42,902 nt of DNA from a virus (lineage: Duplodnaviria > Caudoviricetes), in IMG/VR virus record IMGVR_UViG_3300044711_000031, positions 1 through 42,902 of that record; one strand, written 5' to 3'. This document shows, one piece after another, positions 24,704 to 33,842 of this stretch. Position 1 is the stretch's first letter. Every line of letters begins with the position of its first letter. Below the pieces are notes generated by a model. That model saw only the letters and a list, made by a program, of their open reading frames with translations. It made no database searches and was not told where the DNA came from. Both the position numbers and the translations under genes were made by a program.

Positions 24704-25438
24704 CTACGGGCCGGGGTAAATCGTGAAACTACCGGACTGCGTTCCGAGAGTGTTGGACGGGTACACAAAATCATTTCCCGTCTTCAAGTCCTCGGATTCA
24801 GCCATCCGATCAAGCTCGTTCATCCACACTCCATACTGACCGCTGTAAGTCGCCATCCCCGACTTGTTGACCACCATTCCCCCGGCGCGAGCATCATCCG
24901 TGAACTTGTAGAAGTAGTACAGCACTCCCGCCTGAAACACGTTGAAGTACTGATCAGGAATCCAGAGCGGAGTTGAGAGTGTCGATGACGTGATCTTGAC
25001 GGGGTTCGCTTGATATTCCCCATTCAACACCAGCGTCACAGTTCCCGTGATCGAAGGCGCTCCCTGAAGCCTAATCTTTCCAAGGGTCAACTCATGGCAG
25101 AACAAGCGGATGGTCTGATAGGCAATCGTGAAGTTTGTTTGCGGAGGCAACCACTTCACGTTGTCCAGTTCGATCTCATCTTCGGTCGTTACGTCGGTTC
25201 GAGTCTGCCGAAGGTGAACAAATCGGAAAACCTCAGAAGGTACCGAGTAGTCCTGAACTCCGTTAGATAGCGCAATCGTCGGAGAAATCTGCTGAAGGGT
25301 CCACTGCCACGGAGCCGCAGACCACATCTGACCCGACACCATATCGCAGGCGTAAATCTGCATGGCGCTGGTAGGCGTGTTCTTGGTGAACGCATTGCAT
25401 AGGTCGATTGCGTTTTGCGGAGTGTAGCTGAAGGCCAT
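24704..25438 (-). CDS. Head-tail adaptor (tail tubular protein A-like)
   Basis: PWQW...GVQDYSVP...IPDQY pattern; synteny. Confidence 0.7.
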   Translation of the reverse strand: MAFSYTPQNAIDLCNAFTKNTPTSAMQIYACDMVSGQMWSAAPWQWTLQQISPTIALSNGVQDYSVPSEVFRFVHLRQTRTDVTTEDEIELDNVKWLPPQTNFTIAYQTIRLFCHELTLGKIRLQGAPSITGTVTLVLNGEYQANPVKITSSTLSTPLWIPDQYFNVFQAGVLYYFYKFTDDARAGGMVVNKSGMATYSGQYGVWMNELDRMAESEDLKTGNDFVYPSNTLGTQSGSFTIYPGP

Positions 25439-25448
25439 TCATGTCCTT

Positions 25449-25943
25449 TTACGCCGCTTCAAATCCCCGCGTGTCTCCGATGCCGCCCACGTTCATGTTC
25501 AGATCCATCTTCTGCGGAGGAGCCGCGTACCCGCAACGGAAGCAGATTCCGTGATAACAACCATCGGAGTGAACCTGCCCCATGATGCAGGATCGTCCAT
25601 TCTCTTTGGTGTGAGAGCACGCGGCCTGAGTCGCCTTGCGTTGTGCTTCTTCTTCAGCGGCCATCTGAGCCTGCTCGCGAGCCGAGCGAATGCGGTTCTC
25701 TCGCTCCTGCTCACGCTTGGCCTGTTCTTCAGGATCAGGCTTGCGAAGCTCCTTGACCATCTCCAGCATGTTCTCGCGGTTCTGAGTGGCCTGTTTCTCA
25801 AGCAACTCCTGAACCTGTTCCCATGTGAGGGTGGTACCTGCTTCGGGAGCTTTCTTCTTCCGACTCCATGTACGCTTGGGATTCTTGTTGGCTTCCGTCG
25901 CTGTGACGTTTTCCGTGTTTTCCAAAACTCCAGTGTTGCTCAT
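25449..25943 (-). CDS. Hypothetical protein (coiled coil plus CxH...CxxC)
   Basis: GGAGG RBS before ATG 25943. Confidence 0.7.
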   Translation of the reverse strand: MSNTGVLENTENVTATEANKNPKRTWSRKKKAPEAGTTLTWEQVQELLEKQATQNRENMLEMVKELRKPDPEEQAKREQERENRIRSAREQAQMAAEEEAQRKATQAACSHTKENGRSCIMGQVHSDGCYHGICFRCGYAAPPQKMDLNMNVGGIGDTRGFEAA

Positions 25944-25953
25944 TGCTCGCCTC

Positions 25954-26550
25954 CTAATTTGTGTACAACTGCCAAGTCTGAGAACTCCGTCCCGAACTGA
26001 CTTGGAAATACTGCTCAATCTGGCCCACGGTTACAAGCCCATTTCGGAGAAGCCGAGCCAGAACAGTGCGCCAACCCCGCGTCTCCGAAACGAACTTACG
26101 ACGCTCAACGGTTGCGCCGTCAATCTCGGTGTCAGGAACTTTCTCCGTCTCTACGTGCCGAACCGAGAACTCCGGCATGTATCCCGCCTCCATCCCCAAC
26201 AGAAAGAACTTCTGACCTTCCCGAATCTGGTAGATCCCTGTCTTTGTTGGGTCCGCGATAGCCCGCTCGAAATAGAGGCTTGAATTGCACTTCTTGAGCC
26301 TCTGTTCAAGCTGCAAAGAAGTCAGTGGACGCCCAATCTGTGCTTCGAGAACAGAGGTATCTGTTTCCCCGTCGCGAACATCGGATGCCGCCGATTCCTT
26401 TTCGAGAGCTTCAAGCATTGCACGACGGCTCTTATCGCGCTGGAGGCGAGTCGAGTGCGTCAGATACCGCCGTGCAGGTGTCAGAGCCGGAAGTCCTGCT
26501 GTAACCAGCCCGACTTCTAGGGATCGGTCAACTAGCATCGTTGATCCCAT
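25954..26550 (-). CDS. Hypothetical protein
   Basis: 198-aa ORF in virion operon. Confidence 0.75.
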   Translation of the reverse strand: MGSTMLVDRSLEVGLVTAGLPALTPARRYLTHSTRLQRDKSRRAMLEALEKESAASDVRDGETDTSVLEAQIGRPLTSLQLEQRLKKCNSSLYFERAIADPTKTGIYQIREGQKFFLLGMEAGYMPEFSVRHVETEKVPDTEIDGATVERRKFVSETRGWRTVLARLLRNGLVTVGQIEQYFQVSSGRSSQTWQLYTN

Positions 26551-27011
26551 TAGGCCAGATCAGTTCCGCCACGCCATCCGATGAACCATACACTAACGGG
26601 CAATGCATAGCTCGGGTTGGTTCCGCCAACGGTCAGAAGAACACGCAAGGCCCCGGTCTGAGGCATGTTGTTCTCAAGAACGCCGCCAGTGTCCGCAACC
26701 GTGAACACCAGAGCCGCAACCTGTTGAGGTCGAAACGAACAAATCTTCGCCTGAATGGAGGCAGCTGTAGTGTGTTGCACGTAGCGAGAGAACGTGTACC
26801 ACGTCGGGGTTACAGCGTCAGGATTGGGGCTGACCTGGAGAGCCACATCCAATGTCGGAGAGGTTCCAGTGCCAGCGCCCACGTCTAGGATGAAAGACCC
26901 ACCAACGATGTCGTTGGGCCAATCAATCTTGCCGCTGTTAGCCGTAGCTGTGAGAGCGGCAGTTGCGCTATAGCACAGCTTCGAGAAGGGTTTGAGGTTA
27001 GATACGGGCAT
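26550..27011 (-). CDS. Putative virion decoration protein
   Basis: Beta-rich; GTGTSPTLDVALQ; paralogous to 36713-37141. Confidence 0.65.
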   Translation of the reverse strand: MPVSNLKPFSKLCYSATAALTATANSGKIDWPNDIVGGSFILDVGAGTGTSPTLDVALQVSPNPDAVTPTWYTFSRYVQHTTAASIQAKICSFRPQQVAALVFTVADTGGVLENNMPQTGALRVLLTVGGTNPSYALPVSVWFIGWRGGTDLA

Positions 27012-27021
27012 GTTGTTCTCC

Positions 27022-27570
27022 TTAGTCCGCGATCAGCTCAAATCCGTCCACGTAGGCCGTATTCGAGGCATTCCCGGCAGAAAACGTCCCGGTGATGGTA
27101 AAGCCTTGACCTTCCGAGGTCGTGGCGGTGGTGAGATCAACCGAAGTGGCCGCAGCGGTGTTAATCACCTGAGCCAAGGCGGTTGCGTGGATGAAACCCT
27201 TCATCAATCCCTCGATGCGCTGGCTGGCAGAGTCGTAAACCATCTGCGTCTCCAACAACCAGTTTCCACCCGGAGTGGTACCCATTGCGATAGCTCCGGT
27301 GGTGCAAACCTTGGTGTTGGAACCAATCGTTGCCGAAGTACCCCAATAAAGGGCGACTGTAAGATTTCCAGCGGTTCCGGCCAAACAGCGGCCCCAGGCG
27401 CGAACCCTGAAGGAACGCTTGTCGAGGACGCCTGATCCCGGAGCATACAGGATCAGACGGGTAGCCGCCGTTGTCGAGTCAGTGAACTGCTTTTCCGTGG
27501 TTGCCGTTCCGCCAAGGTTAAGCTCGGCACTCGGAACCAAGGCGCGATTTGAAGATCCAATGTTTGGCAT
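27022..27570 (-). CDS. Putative capsid-associated structural protein
   Basis: Thr/Gly/Ala-rich; immediately downstream of the major capsid gene. Confidence 0.65.
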   Translation of the reverse strand: MPNIGSSNRALVPSAELNLGGTATTEKQFTDSTTAATRLILYAPGSGVLDKRSFRVRAWGRCLAGTAGNLTVALYWGTSATIGSNTKVCTTGAIAMGTTPGGNWLLETQMVYDSASQRIEGLMKGFIHATALAQVINTAAATSVDLTTATTSEGQGFTITGTFSAGNASNTAYVDGFELIAD

Positions 27571-27579
27571 GGTTCCCCC

Positions 27580-28545
27580 TTAAACCAAGGTCGCATCGGC
27601 TTTGACGATGCGGTAGCGGTAGTTGGTCGAGTCCAAAATCTTATGGACTGTGACGAAGCGATACGAGACATAGCTTCCGATCATACCTTCAGGGTCAGCC
27701 GGATTCGGTCCACCCTTGATGACGTTGATCTTGAAGCTCTGCTTGCTCGGATCAGTGACGTTGGAAGGTCCAGCGCCCGGAAGGTCAACAGCTCCAACCG
27801 CTCCCTGGCCTACAAGATAGCAGTAGTAGAGTACATTGGGAGATGTTCCCGTAGTGCCGACGTTGGTTGTTTCCAGCACGCGGAAGTTATCGACCATTCC
27901 GACTTCCCCGGCAAGAACTTGCTTGCCAGCGGTGTACTTCAGCAGGTCAATGAATCCACCCGCCGTGTTGTCGGAAACCAGATCATACTTCGCGTAGGGG
28001 TGGATAATCGCCCGGTAGTTCGCGCCCATGCGCGGGCCCATGCGGATGTTGGCTCCTGCCAGCAATGCTCCGACGCGCCGGAAGTCCTGAACAGAGAGCG
28101 TAGCTCCGAGAGTCGAGAGGCCAACCGAAGAAACGGCAGAATCGAACTCGGTGCGAGCGATGGTGTCAACGCTCAAACCAGCCCGGTAGCCAAGGTTCTT
28201 CGAGAAGTTCTCAACGATGGGGTCAATGGCCGTCTCCACCAGCAGAGTCGAAAGGCTGGAGAAGTCGGCGTATTCTGCGACGGTGGCAGATACGGTGGTG
28301 GTGGTCTGCGGGATCGGATTTCCAACGGTGCCTTCAGAGGCTACCGTGGTGTTGGCTCCGAGCAGGGTATAGCGATACCACTGAACAGTCTTGCCGCTGC
28401 GGAGCGGAATGGAATCGGGTTCGCAAACTTCGCGGAACCGAAAAATCACCATCAGTTGGTCAAGCGCTTGGCGATTGTACCAAACGCTGGCTAGGTGCGT
28501 TAACTGCGGTGAGATAGAAAGTGAACCAGCGGGCTGATAAGCCAC
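27580..28545 (-). CDS. Major capsid protein (N4-gp56-like family, HK97 fold)
   Basis: IPLRSGKTVQWYRY...EGT...YRAIIHP...GEVG....FRVLETT...ADP; GTG start after AAGGAGG. Confidence 0.9.
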   Translation of the reverse strand: MAYQPAGSLSISPQLTHLASVWYNRQALDQLMVIFRFREVCEPDSIPLRSGKTVQWYRYTLLGANTTVASEGTVGNPIPQTTTTVSATVAEYADFSSLSTLLVETAIDPIVENFSKNLGYRAGLSVDTIARTEFDSAVSSVGLSTLGATLSVQDFRRVGALLAGANIRMGPRMGANYRAIIHPYAKYDLVSDNTAGGFIDLLKYTAGKQVLAGEVGMVDNFRVLETTNVGTTGTSPNVLYYCYLVGQGAVGAVDLPGAGPSNVTDPSKQSFKINVIKGGPNPADPEGMIGSYVSYRFVTVHKILDSTNYRYRIVKADATLV

Positions 28546-28687
28546 CTTGGGCCTCCTTAGAGATTTATCGAACAAACGTTGCGTTTGCCCGCTGATCTAG
28601 CGGTGTATCGCGCTAAACCGTCTCAGGGGATCGCCCATCGGCGGTACTTCTGAAAAGCAAGAGCCGGATCACAGCCCCGTAATACTT

Positions 28688-29347
28688 CTACAATGGAGTC
28701 GTGGAGGATGTCAAGAGGTATCCGTATTTCTCTTGAATCTCCGCGTGGTGCTTATCCCATTCACCTGATGACTTGAGCCTCTCGGTGTCCTGTCCGGGCC
28801 GCTGAACCCACGTGAAGTGATTCTCGGGAGTGCAAGCCACGGGAATACCTGCGATGTGGCAGCGAATCCAGAAATCTCGGTCGGCAAAGGGAACATCGTG
28901 GTATCCCCCAAGCTGATTCCAAACATCCTTGTGGATCAGAGCTGCGTAAGGATGAGGGCTTGCCAAGACAGACTCGGCAGTGGGAACACCTTCATGGCCG
29001 GGGGTAGGGGAAACGATTCGGTATCCAGTGCGTAGGTGAGCTTTCCAGCATTCCTCAAGGCAGTTGGGTCCGATCAGGTCATCGTCGTTGAGGATGAAGA
29101 ACCAATTGGTCTTCACGAAAGAAAATCCGAGATGTATCTTGTTTGACCATCCGGGTACGTCAGGAATGATAATCTTGCAGAACGCCTTTAATGTTTGAAT
29201 GTTGATTGAAAGAAGGGTTCTCTGGTAGTCGTCCATCGGTGCCTCGTGGCGTGGAATCACTACAGTTATTAGTGGCTTTGGTTGTGAACGAACATAAGCC
29301 TCTAATGACGTGTCGTTGTGCTGTTCTACGCTGACTGGTGTGTACAT
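28688..29347 (-). CDS. Glycosyltransferase (GT-A / GT2-like)
   Basis: ITVVIP...FILNDDD...LGGY...DRDFWIR. Confidence 0.85.
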   Translation of the reverse strand: MYTPVSVEQHNDTSLEAYVRSQPKPLITVVIPRHEAPMDDYQRTLLSINIQTLKAFCKIIIPDVPGWSNKIHLGFSFVKTNWFFILNDDDLIGPNCLEECWKAHLRTGYRIVSPTPGHEGVPTAESVLASPHPYAALIHKDVWNQLGGYHDVPFADRDFWIRCHIAGIPVACTPENHFTWVQRPGQDTERLKSSGEWDKHHAEIQEKYGYLLTSSTTPL

Positions 29348-29844
29348 TGGAAGATCGTCAATCCTCTCGGCGTGGGGATGAAAACACGCTGCCATCCTGT
29401 GGCCTTCTGAATCTCATCAGCAACGGGGCGCCGCGAGTCGTGGAGTACCACAATGCCATGTTCGGATAACTTCAGGGCCTTGGCTTCTTCGAGGCGATCT
29501 CCACTAGAGTCAAGGTAAGCGAGGTCTACAGGATCAGCGAAAGCGTTTCGTATATGGTCAACACCGATGGAGTTGTGGACATAGCCCGGAAGGTTCTGGA
29601 GAAGATCAACCGTGTATTCACACATTTTTCTGTCAGTATCGCAAGTTCTCAGGATTCCGCCTTGTCCCTCCATGTCGTTTTTCTTCAAGGCCCTTGCTAT
29701 GGCTGTTGAAACGTCTCCCATGTAGCATCCCGTCTCAACGACAGCCTTGGGCTTCAAAAGGCGAGTCAGACCATATAGGAATTGAATCGTCTCAGCCTCC
29801 GATGCCATCTCATCGCGGGAGTCCCAAGGAGTCATCGTGGCCAT
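29326..29844 (-). CDS. Class I SAM-dependent methyltransferase (O-methyltransferase-like)
   Basis: LLKPKAVVETGCYMG...DLAYLDS...GIVVLHD. Confidence 0.88.
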   Translation of the reverse strand: MATMTPWDSRDEMASEAETIQFLYGLTRLLKPKAVVETGCYMGDVSTAIARALKKNDMEGQGGILRTCDTDRKMCEYTVDLLQNLPGYVHNSIGVDHIRNAFADPVDLAYLDSSGDRLEEAKALKLSEHGIVVLHDSRRPVADEIQKATGWQRVFIPTPRGLTIFQCTHQSA

Positions 29845-30404
29845 ATCGAGGATTTCCCCTCTCCCAAGTGCATCATCTTGAGCTTGCGGAAGTACCCCAC
29901 GCGATAGCCAGCGTCTCGCATGGCTTGGCAATGCTCGGTATCGTAGGAAGGTAGCGTTTGTTCTGGCCAGTTCTTAATAGCGCCCTTGCGGACGATACGT
30001 AAGCCGCCTACGCTGTGATGCTCCATCACCTGAGAATCATTGGCCGTTTTGTAATCTTCAGGCGTCCACTCAACGATGGTGGCATTGGCTGGCATGAAGG
30101 AAAGCATCCCGTACTCAGGATGAGAGTGCATGATTGCCCTAGCCTGCAAGGTTACTGACAAAACTCCCTTGGGATTGTCTGGAGGCAGGCAGTCATCATC
30201 GGCAAGGATGTAAAACTCACCCTTGGCCATGTGCTCCGCGTACTCACGCCGCCGCTTCTGAAACTCGTAGTTGGAGCACTGCAAGTACTCCGGTGTCAGG
30301 AAATGGCCTTCAGAAACACCCTCTTTATCCCATCGGTCAATGCAGCGTGCGCTCCACTTCTCGCGCATCGCATTACCTGGGACATGGCAGAAAAACAGTT
30401 CCAT
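29832..30404 (-). CDS. Glycosyltransferase (GT-A fold, short)
   Basis: YILADDDCL DxD motif; YDTEHC..MRDAGYRVGY....MMHLG C-terminal pattern. Confidence 0.75.
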   Translation of the reverse strand: MELFFCHVPGNAMREKWSARCIDRWDKEGVSEGHFLTPEYLQCSNYEFQKRRREYAEHMAKGEFYILADDDCLPPDNPKGVLSVTLQARAIMHSHPEYGMLSFMPANATIVEWTPEDYKTANDSQVMEHHSVGGLRIVRKGAIKNWPEQTLPSYDTEHCQAMRDAGYRVGYFRKLKMMHLGEGKSSIWPR

Positions 30405-30424
30405 GCTCGCCTCCCGGTGTGATT

Positions 30425-31177
30425 TTAGTACTGTTTCATCCCCACCTTGCGAAGATATTTATCAAGGTCCTCGGTGCTCATCTGCTCGGCTTCAGCAACC
30501 GCCGAAGAACTCAGTCCATTGCCCCCACGAGCACGCGGAGAAGGAGGAGGCTTGGGGCGCTCCCGTGCTGGTTCATCTTCCTGAACAGTCACCTTGCCGG
30601 ATTCCTTGAGGCTTGTCCAAGCCGCCGAAAGGTGTAGCGGGTCTTCAGGGTTTCCACCAAGGCGCTCAACTTCTCGGACAAGCAAATCCCCATTCTCGGC
30701 AGATCGGGTAAAGTCAGGGTTCATGGAGTTGAATCGGTCAACGATGGTGTTGCGTTCGATTGCCTCAACGACGCTGAGAACTCGCTGAACCGTGGGGTTG
30801 TGCTGAAGATTGTAGTTCTCGGCTCCGATGAAATCTCCAGATTCCCACATCGCCAAGTACTTCTTTGGGTCATATTCACCATTCGTAGTACCGTTGGTAT
30901 CGGATGTGGCGATGGGCTTGGAACGTTCAAGTTGCTGCTGAAGTTCTTTGCTGCGTTGGCGCTCCTCGCGGATCGTTCGGGTTGCGTTCTCTTGCGCCTT
31001 AACCAGCTTGTCGAGAACTTCCTTCTCAGAAGCTCCCTTGAAAACCTGCCCTTCGATCTCCACCTTATATTCTTCGGGTGGTTGCTCGGTTTTCTCTGCT
31101 GCGATTCTCGCCTGTTCTGTTTCAATCTCCTGTTGCAGTTTTTCAAGCTCAGTCGGTTGTGTCTGTTTCTCTGCCAT
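30425..31177 (-). CDS. Capsid scaffolding protein (putative)
   Basis: Glu/Gln-rich coiled coil; C-terminal MSTEDL helix; between portal and capsid. Confidence 0.7.
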   Translation of the reverse strand: MAEKQTQPTELEKLQQEIETEQARIAAEKTEQPPEEYKVEIEGQVFKGASEKEVLDKLVKAQENATRTIREERQRSKELQQQLERSKPIATSDTNGTTNGEYDPKKYLAMWESGDFIGAENYNLQHNPTVQRVLSVVEAIERNTIVDRFNSMNPDFTRSAENGDLLVREVERLGGNPEDPLHLSAAWTSLKESGKVTVQEDEPARERPKPPPSPRARGGNGLSSSAVAEAEQMSTEDLDKYLRKVGMKQY

Positions 31178-31511
31178 TGCTCGCCTCCATGCTGAATTGG
31201 ATTACATCACGAACCACCATCGGGTCTTCACGCAAGGCTTGCAGTAGATCGCTCTTATTCTGCAAGCTGTCAACGATTACCCGATTCATCAGGTCAACTA
31301 GCTCCCTGCGTTCTTGCCACTTCCGAACCATCTCACGCACTTCACTATCAGATTGCTCCGGTTTCGATTCGATGACGCTAACTCCCGCGTCAGCCTTCCA
31401 GTCTTTGATCTTCGCAAGAAGTATCTTCCATCCCGCGCTGTCCTGCAACTGCTGGAGAGCATCGGCTTCGGAAAGTAACTGCTGTTGTTCCTCTGTCAGT
31501 TCAAAGGCCAT
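31149..31511 (-). CDS. Small helical protein downstream of portal
   Basis: L.DS.GWK motif; synteny. Confidence 0.7.
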   Translation of the reverse strand: MAFELTEEQQQLLSEADALQQLQDSAGWKILLAKIKDWKADAGVSVIESKPEQSDSEVREMVRKWQERRELVDLMNRVIVDSLQNKSDLLQALREDPMVVRDVIQFSMEASNGRETDTTD

Positions 31512-31516
31512 TACTT

Positions 31517-33565
31517 CTAATCCTTCTTTTCTGGAGGAGGCAGAGCCTCTTGAGGGTGCACATTACCCTTGTCGAGATGCGCCTTCACAGCTTCCACGGC
31601 AATCTCTCGAATGGCATCCATCATACCCTTGGTTTGCGTATTTTCGGCCTGAGCCGACAGGCGATCATCCTGCATCTGCTTGTGGAGTAGATCAGCGGGA
31701 GGAGGCTGATTCATCTGCTGCTTCTGCTGATCCGTCATCGGAACGAACAGGGCCGAACGTGGCTTGTATCCTGTAACGTCGGCAACCATGTTCATGATCT
31801 CCTGAACGTTCAGCGTCATTCCCTGCTGTTGCGCCATCTGCTGCATCAACTCGGGATTGCTGAGAGTTTGCAGAAGCATCGGTAGATTCGAGGAAAGGGC
31901 TTGCTTTGCCCCCATCCTTGCGGCTCCCCGAAGCCGGAATTTCACATCCGCATTCATCACCTTGAGCGGATCAACCTGAATAAACTTTCCTTCGTCTCCA
32001 AGAATGTCAATTACACTATTGGGATCAAGGAACGTTTGATTCATCGAGTGAATTCCCCTCAGCAGAGGCTCGATGAATTGATCTTCGCAGTTCTCAACTC
32101 CGTACTCTATTCGCTGTCCGCTAGCACTTCTCTGAGTATTGATTCCCGTTGCAGTTCGATTAGCGGAGTTGCCTCCCTCTGAAGGAGAACCAAGGACGGC
32201 AAGATCGGTAATCCCAGTAGTCTTTTGGGATCTTCGCTCGCTGGCTTCAACTTCCTGCCAAGCGGCGGCAGTAACATTTTGGACTTGTCCACGGATCACG
32301 TCCTCCTTGGGATTCTCGGCCTCTAGAACCAGACCGGGGCGGCGGCGAACCTGCCACTGCGGGATATTGACCCCACGGCGCTTAATCGTATCGGGATGAA
32401 TGGCAAGTGCCAATTCATCCACGCGAGCATTCAGAATCGACGCCTGTAGTCGCTGATCCCCTTCCACAACATCGGGGATGGATATACAGTACCAGTGTCC
32501 AAGAACATCCACGTAACCAGTGGAGTAACAGGGAATAACGCCGTACTTGTTGGGTTGGTTGTAAAAAACTTTTGTCCGATTGCCAAGCCAAACGTACCGA
32601 TCACCAGTCCAGTAGCGGATAACCTCAATGCGCTTCGATCCTGGGTCAGAAGATGAGTCCTGTGTGGGCTGATACCAGACGTTGCGGTAAGATTCGCTTG
32701 CCGTCTTGGTCTGATCGCCCATCGAACTCGGCTTATCCTTCGCCATCTGGATCAAAATCTCTTCATCGGGGATCGTGAAGTCATCGTCGTTGGCTTGCAT
32801 CTCCAGCAAGTCCTCGATGCTCATCAATTCACGAATGGCGAAGTATTTTCCCATCTGGATAATGGGTCCGGGGCAGTTGGGATCAACGTAGCAGTCCTGA
32901 ATCTGCCGAAAACGCATGAATGGACCGTTGGTGATGTCGTCGGCCTCGAATGGCTCAACGATGCGCTTCATCTTGCCCGTGGGACGGCTCACAGCCCCAC
33001 CAAAGCCAAAAGAGGTGAAGGTTACTGGAACCTGACGCACCCGATAGCGCGTTTTCTTGACAGAACTGTAAGTCCAGCCCGTCTCAACGACTCCATTACC
33101 GTACAAATAGGCCGATTTTCTTGCCTTTCGGTACACTTCTCGGGCTGTTTCAGGCTCTTTGGCATTCTGCCGAATTTGCCACAAAATCAGGTCCCGAACG
33201 GCTCTTGCCTCGTCTGGATTGGTTCCCGGCTCAGGATCAACCTCAATCGGGTCCTGATCGCCAAATGCGGCCTTTACATCGCTCGGAAGAATGCTCTCAA
33301 TCTGCTGGAAACAGGTAAAAACGGCCAGTGAAGACCGTGGATAGCGCGTTCCTTCCCAATATTTCTGCTGCTGCCAACCGAAGTAAAGCTCATCGGCGTT
33401 GCGATAGCGCCAATCATGGTTCTGCTGGCGGTACTGCTCTGCCGTTTGGAAATCCTGACGCGCAACCTTACCAGCGAAGTCATCACTCCACTTCTGAGAC
33501 GGCTCGTGGATCTCCTTCTCTTGATCCGGCGTCAACGCTCCGAGAATGTCTGTGGCTGCGGCCAT
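31517..33565 (-). CDS. Portal protein (P22/podovirus-like)
   Basis: 682 aa after terminase; YGNGVV, TATG motifs; Gln-rich C-terminus. Confidence 0.9.
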   Translation of the reverse strand: MAAATDILGALTPDQEKEIHEPSQKWSDDFAGKVARQDFQTAEQYRQQNHDWRYRNADELYFGWQQQKYWEGTRYPRSSLAVFTCFQQIESILPSDVKAAFGDQDPIEVDPEPGTNPDEARAVRDLILWQIRQNAKEPETAREVYRKARKSAYLYGNGVVETGWTYSSVKKTRYRVRQVPVTFTSFGFGGAVSRPTGKMKRIVEPFEADDITNGPFMRFRQIQDCYVDPNCPGPIIQMGKYFAIRELMSIEDLLEMQANDDDFTIPDEEILIQMAKDKPSSMGDQTKTASESYRNVWYQPTQDSSSDPGSKRIEVIRYWTGDRYVWLGNRTKVFYNQPNKYGVIPCYSTGYVDVLGHWYCISIPDVVEGDQRLQASILNARVDELALAIHPDTIKRRGVNIPQWQVRRRPGLVLEAENPKEDVIRGQVQNVTAAAWQEVEASERRSQKTTGITDLAVLGSPSEGGNSANRTATGINTQRSASGQRIEYGVENCEDQFIEPLLRGIHSMNQTFLDPNSVIDILGDEGKFIQVDPLKVMNADVKFRLRGAARMGAKQALSSNLPMLLQTLSNPELMQQMAQQQGMTLNVQEIMNMVADVTGYKPRSALFVPMTDQQKQQMNQPPPADLLHKQMQDDRLSAQAENTQTKGMMDAIREIAVEAVKAHLDKGNVHPQEALPPPEKKD

Positions 33566-33566
33566 T

Positions 33567-33827
33567 CTAGTCCTTTGCGGCTGGCTCCAGTGTTTTATAC
33601 GTATACCACCGAATAGTTTCCCCTTGGCGCATTGGAAGGGAGCCGGGATTTCTAAGGTTTGCCAAAACCATGTTCATCTTCAAGATATCAAGATAGGACT
33701 TGGCGAAGTAATTCCTCAAGAGAGCGCTCTCGTGATCTCGCCATACGGCAACAGCAGGAATGCAGTAGGCCAGAGGAGCCACAACTGCGATCTTGAACAT
33801 GAACCAGCGGCGAGTCATTTTAATCAT
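33567..33827 (-). CDS. Twin-arginine signal peptide fused to a major-capsid N-terminal fragment
   Basis: TRRWFMFK plus hydrophobic stretch; 13/41 ungapped identities to this genome's capsid N-terminus; AAGG RBS. Confidence 0.75.
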   Translation of the reverse strand: MIKMTRRWFMFKIAVVAPLAYCIPAVAVWRDHESALLRNYFAKSYLDILKMNMVLANLRNPGSLPMRQGETIRWYTYKTLEPAAKD

Positions 33828-33842
33828 GTGTGCCTTATCCTA

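Noticed and set aside
27643-28494. 283-aa plus-strand ORF
   Set aside because: Antisense shadow of the major capsid gene
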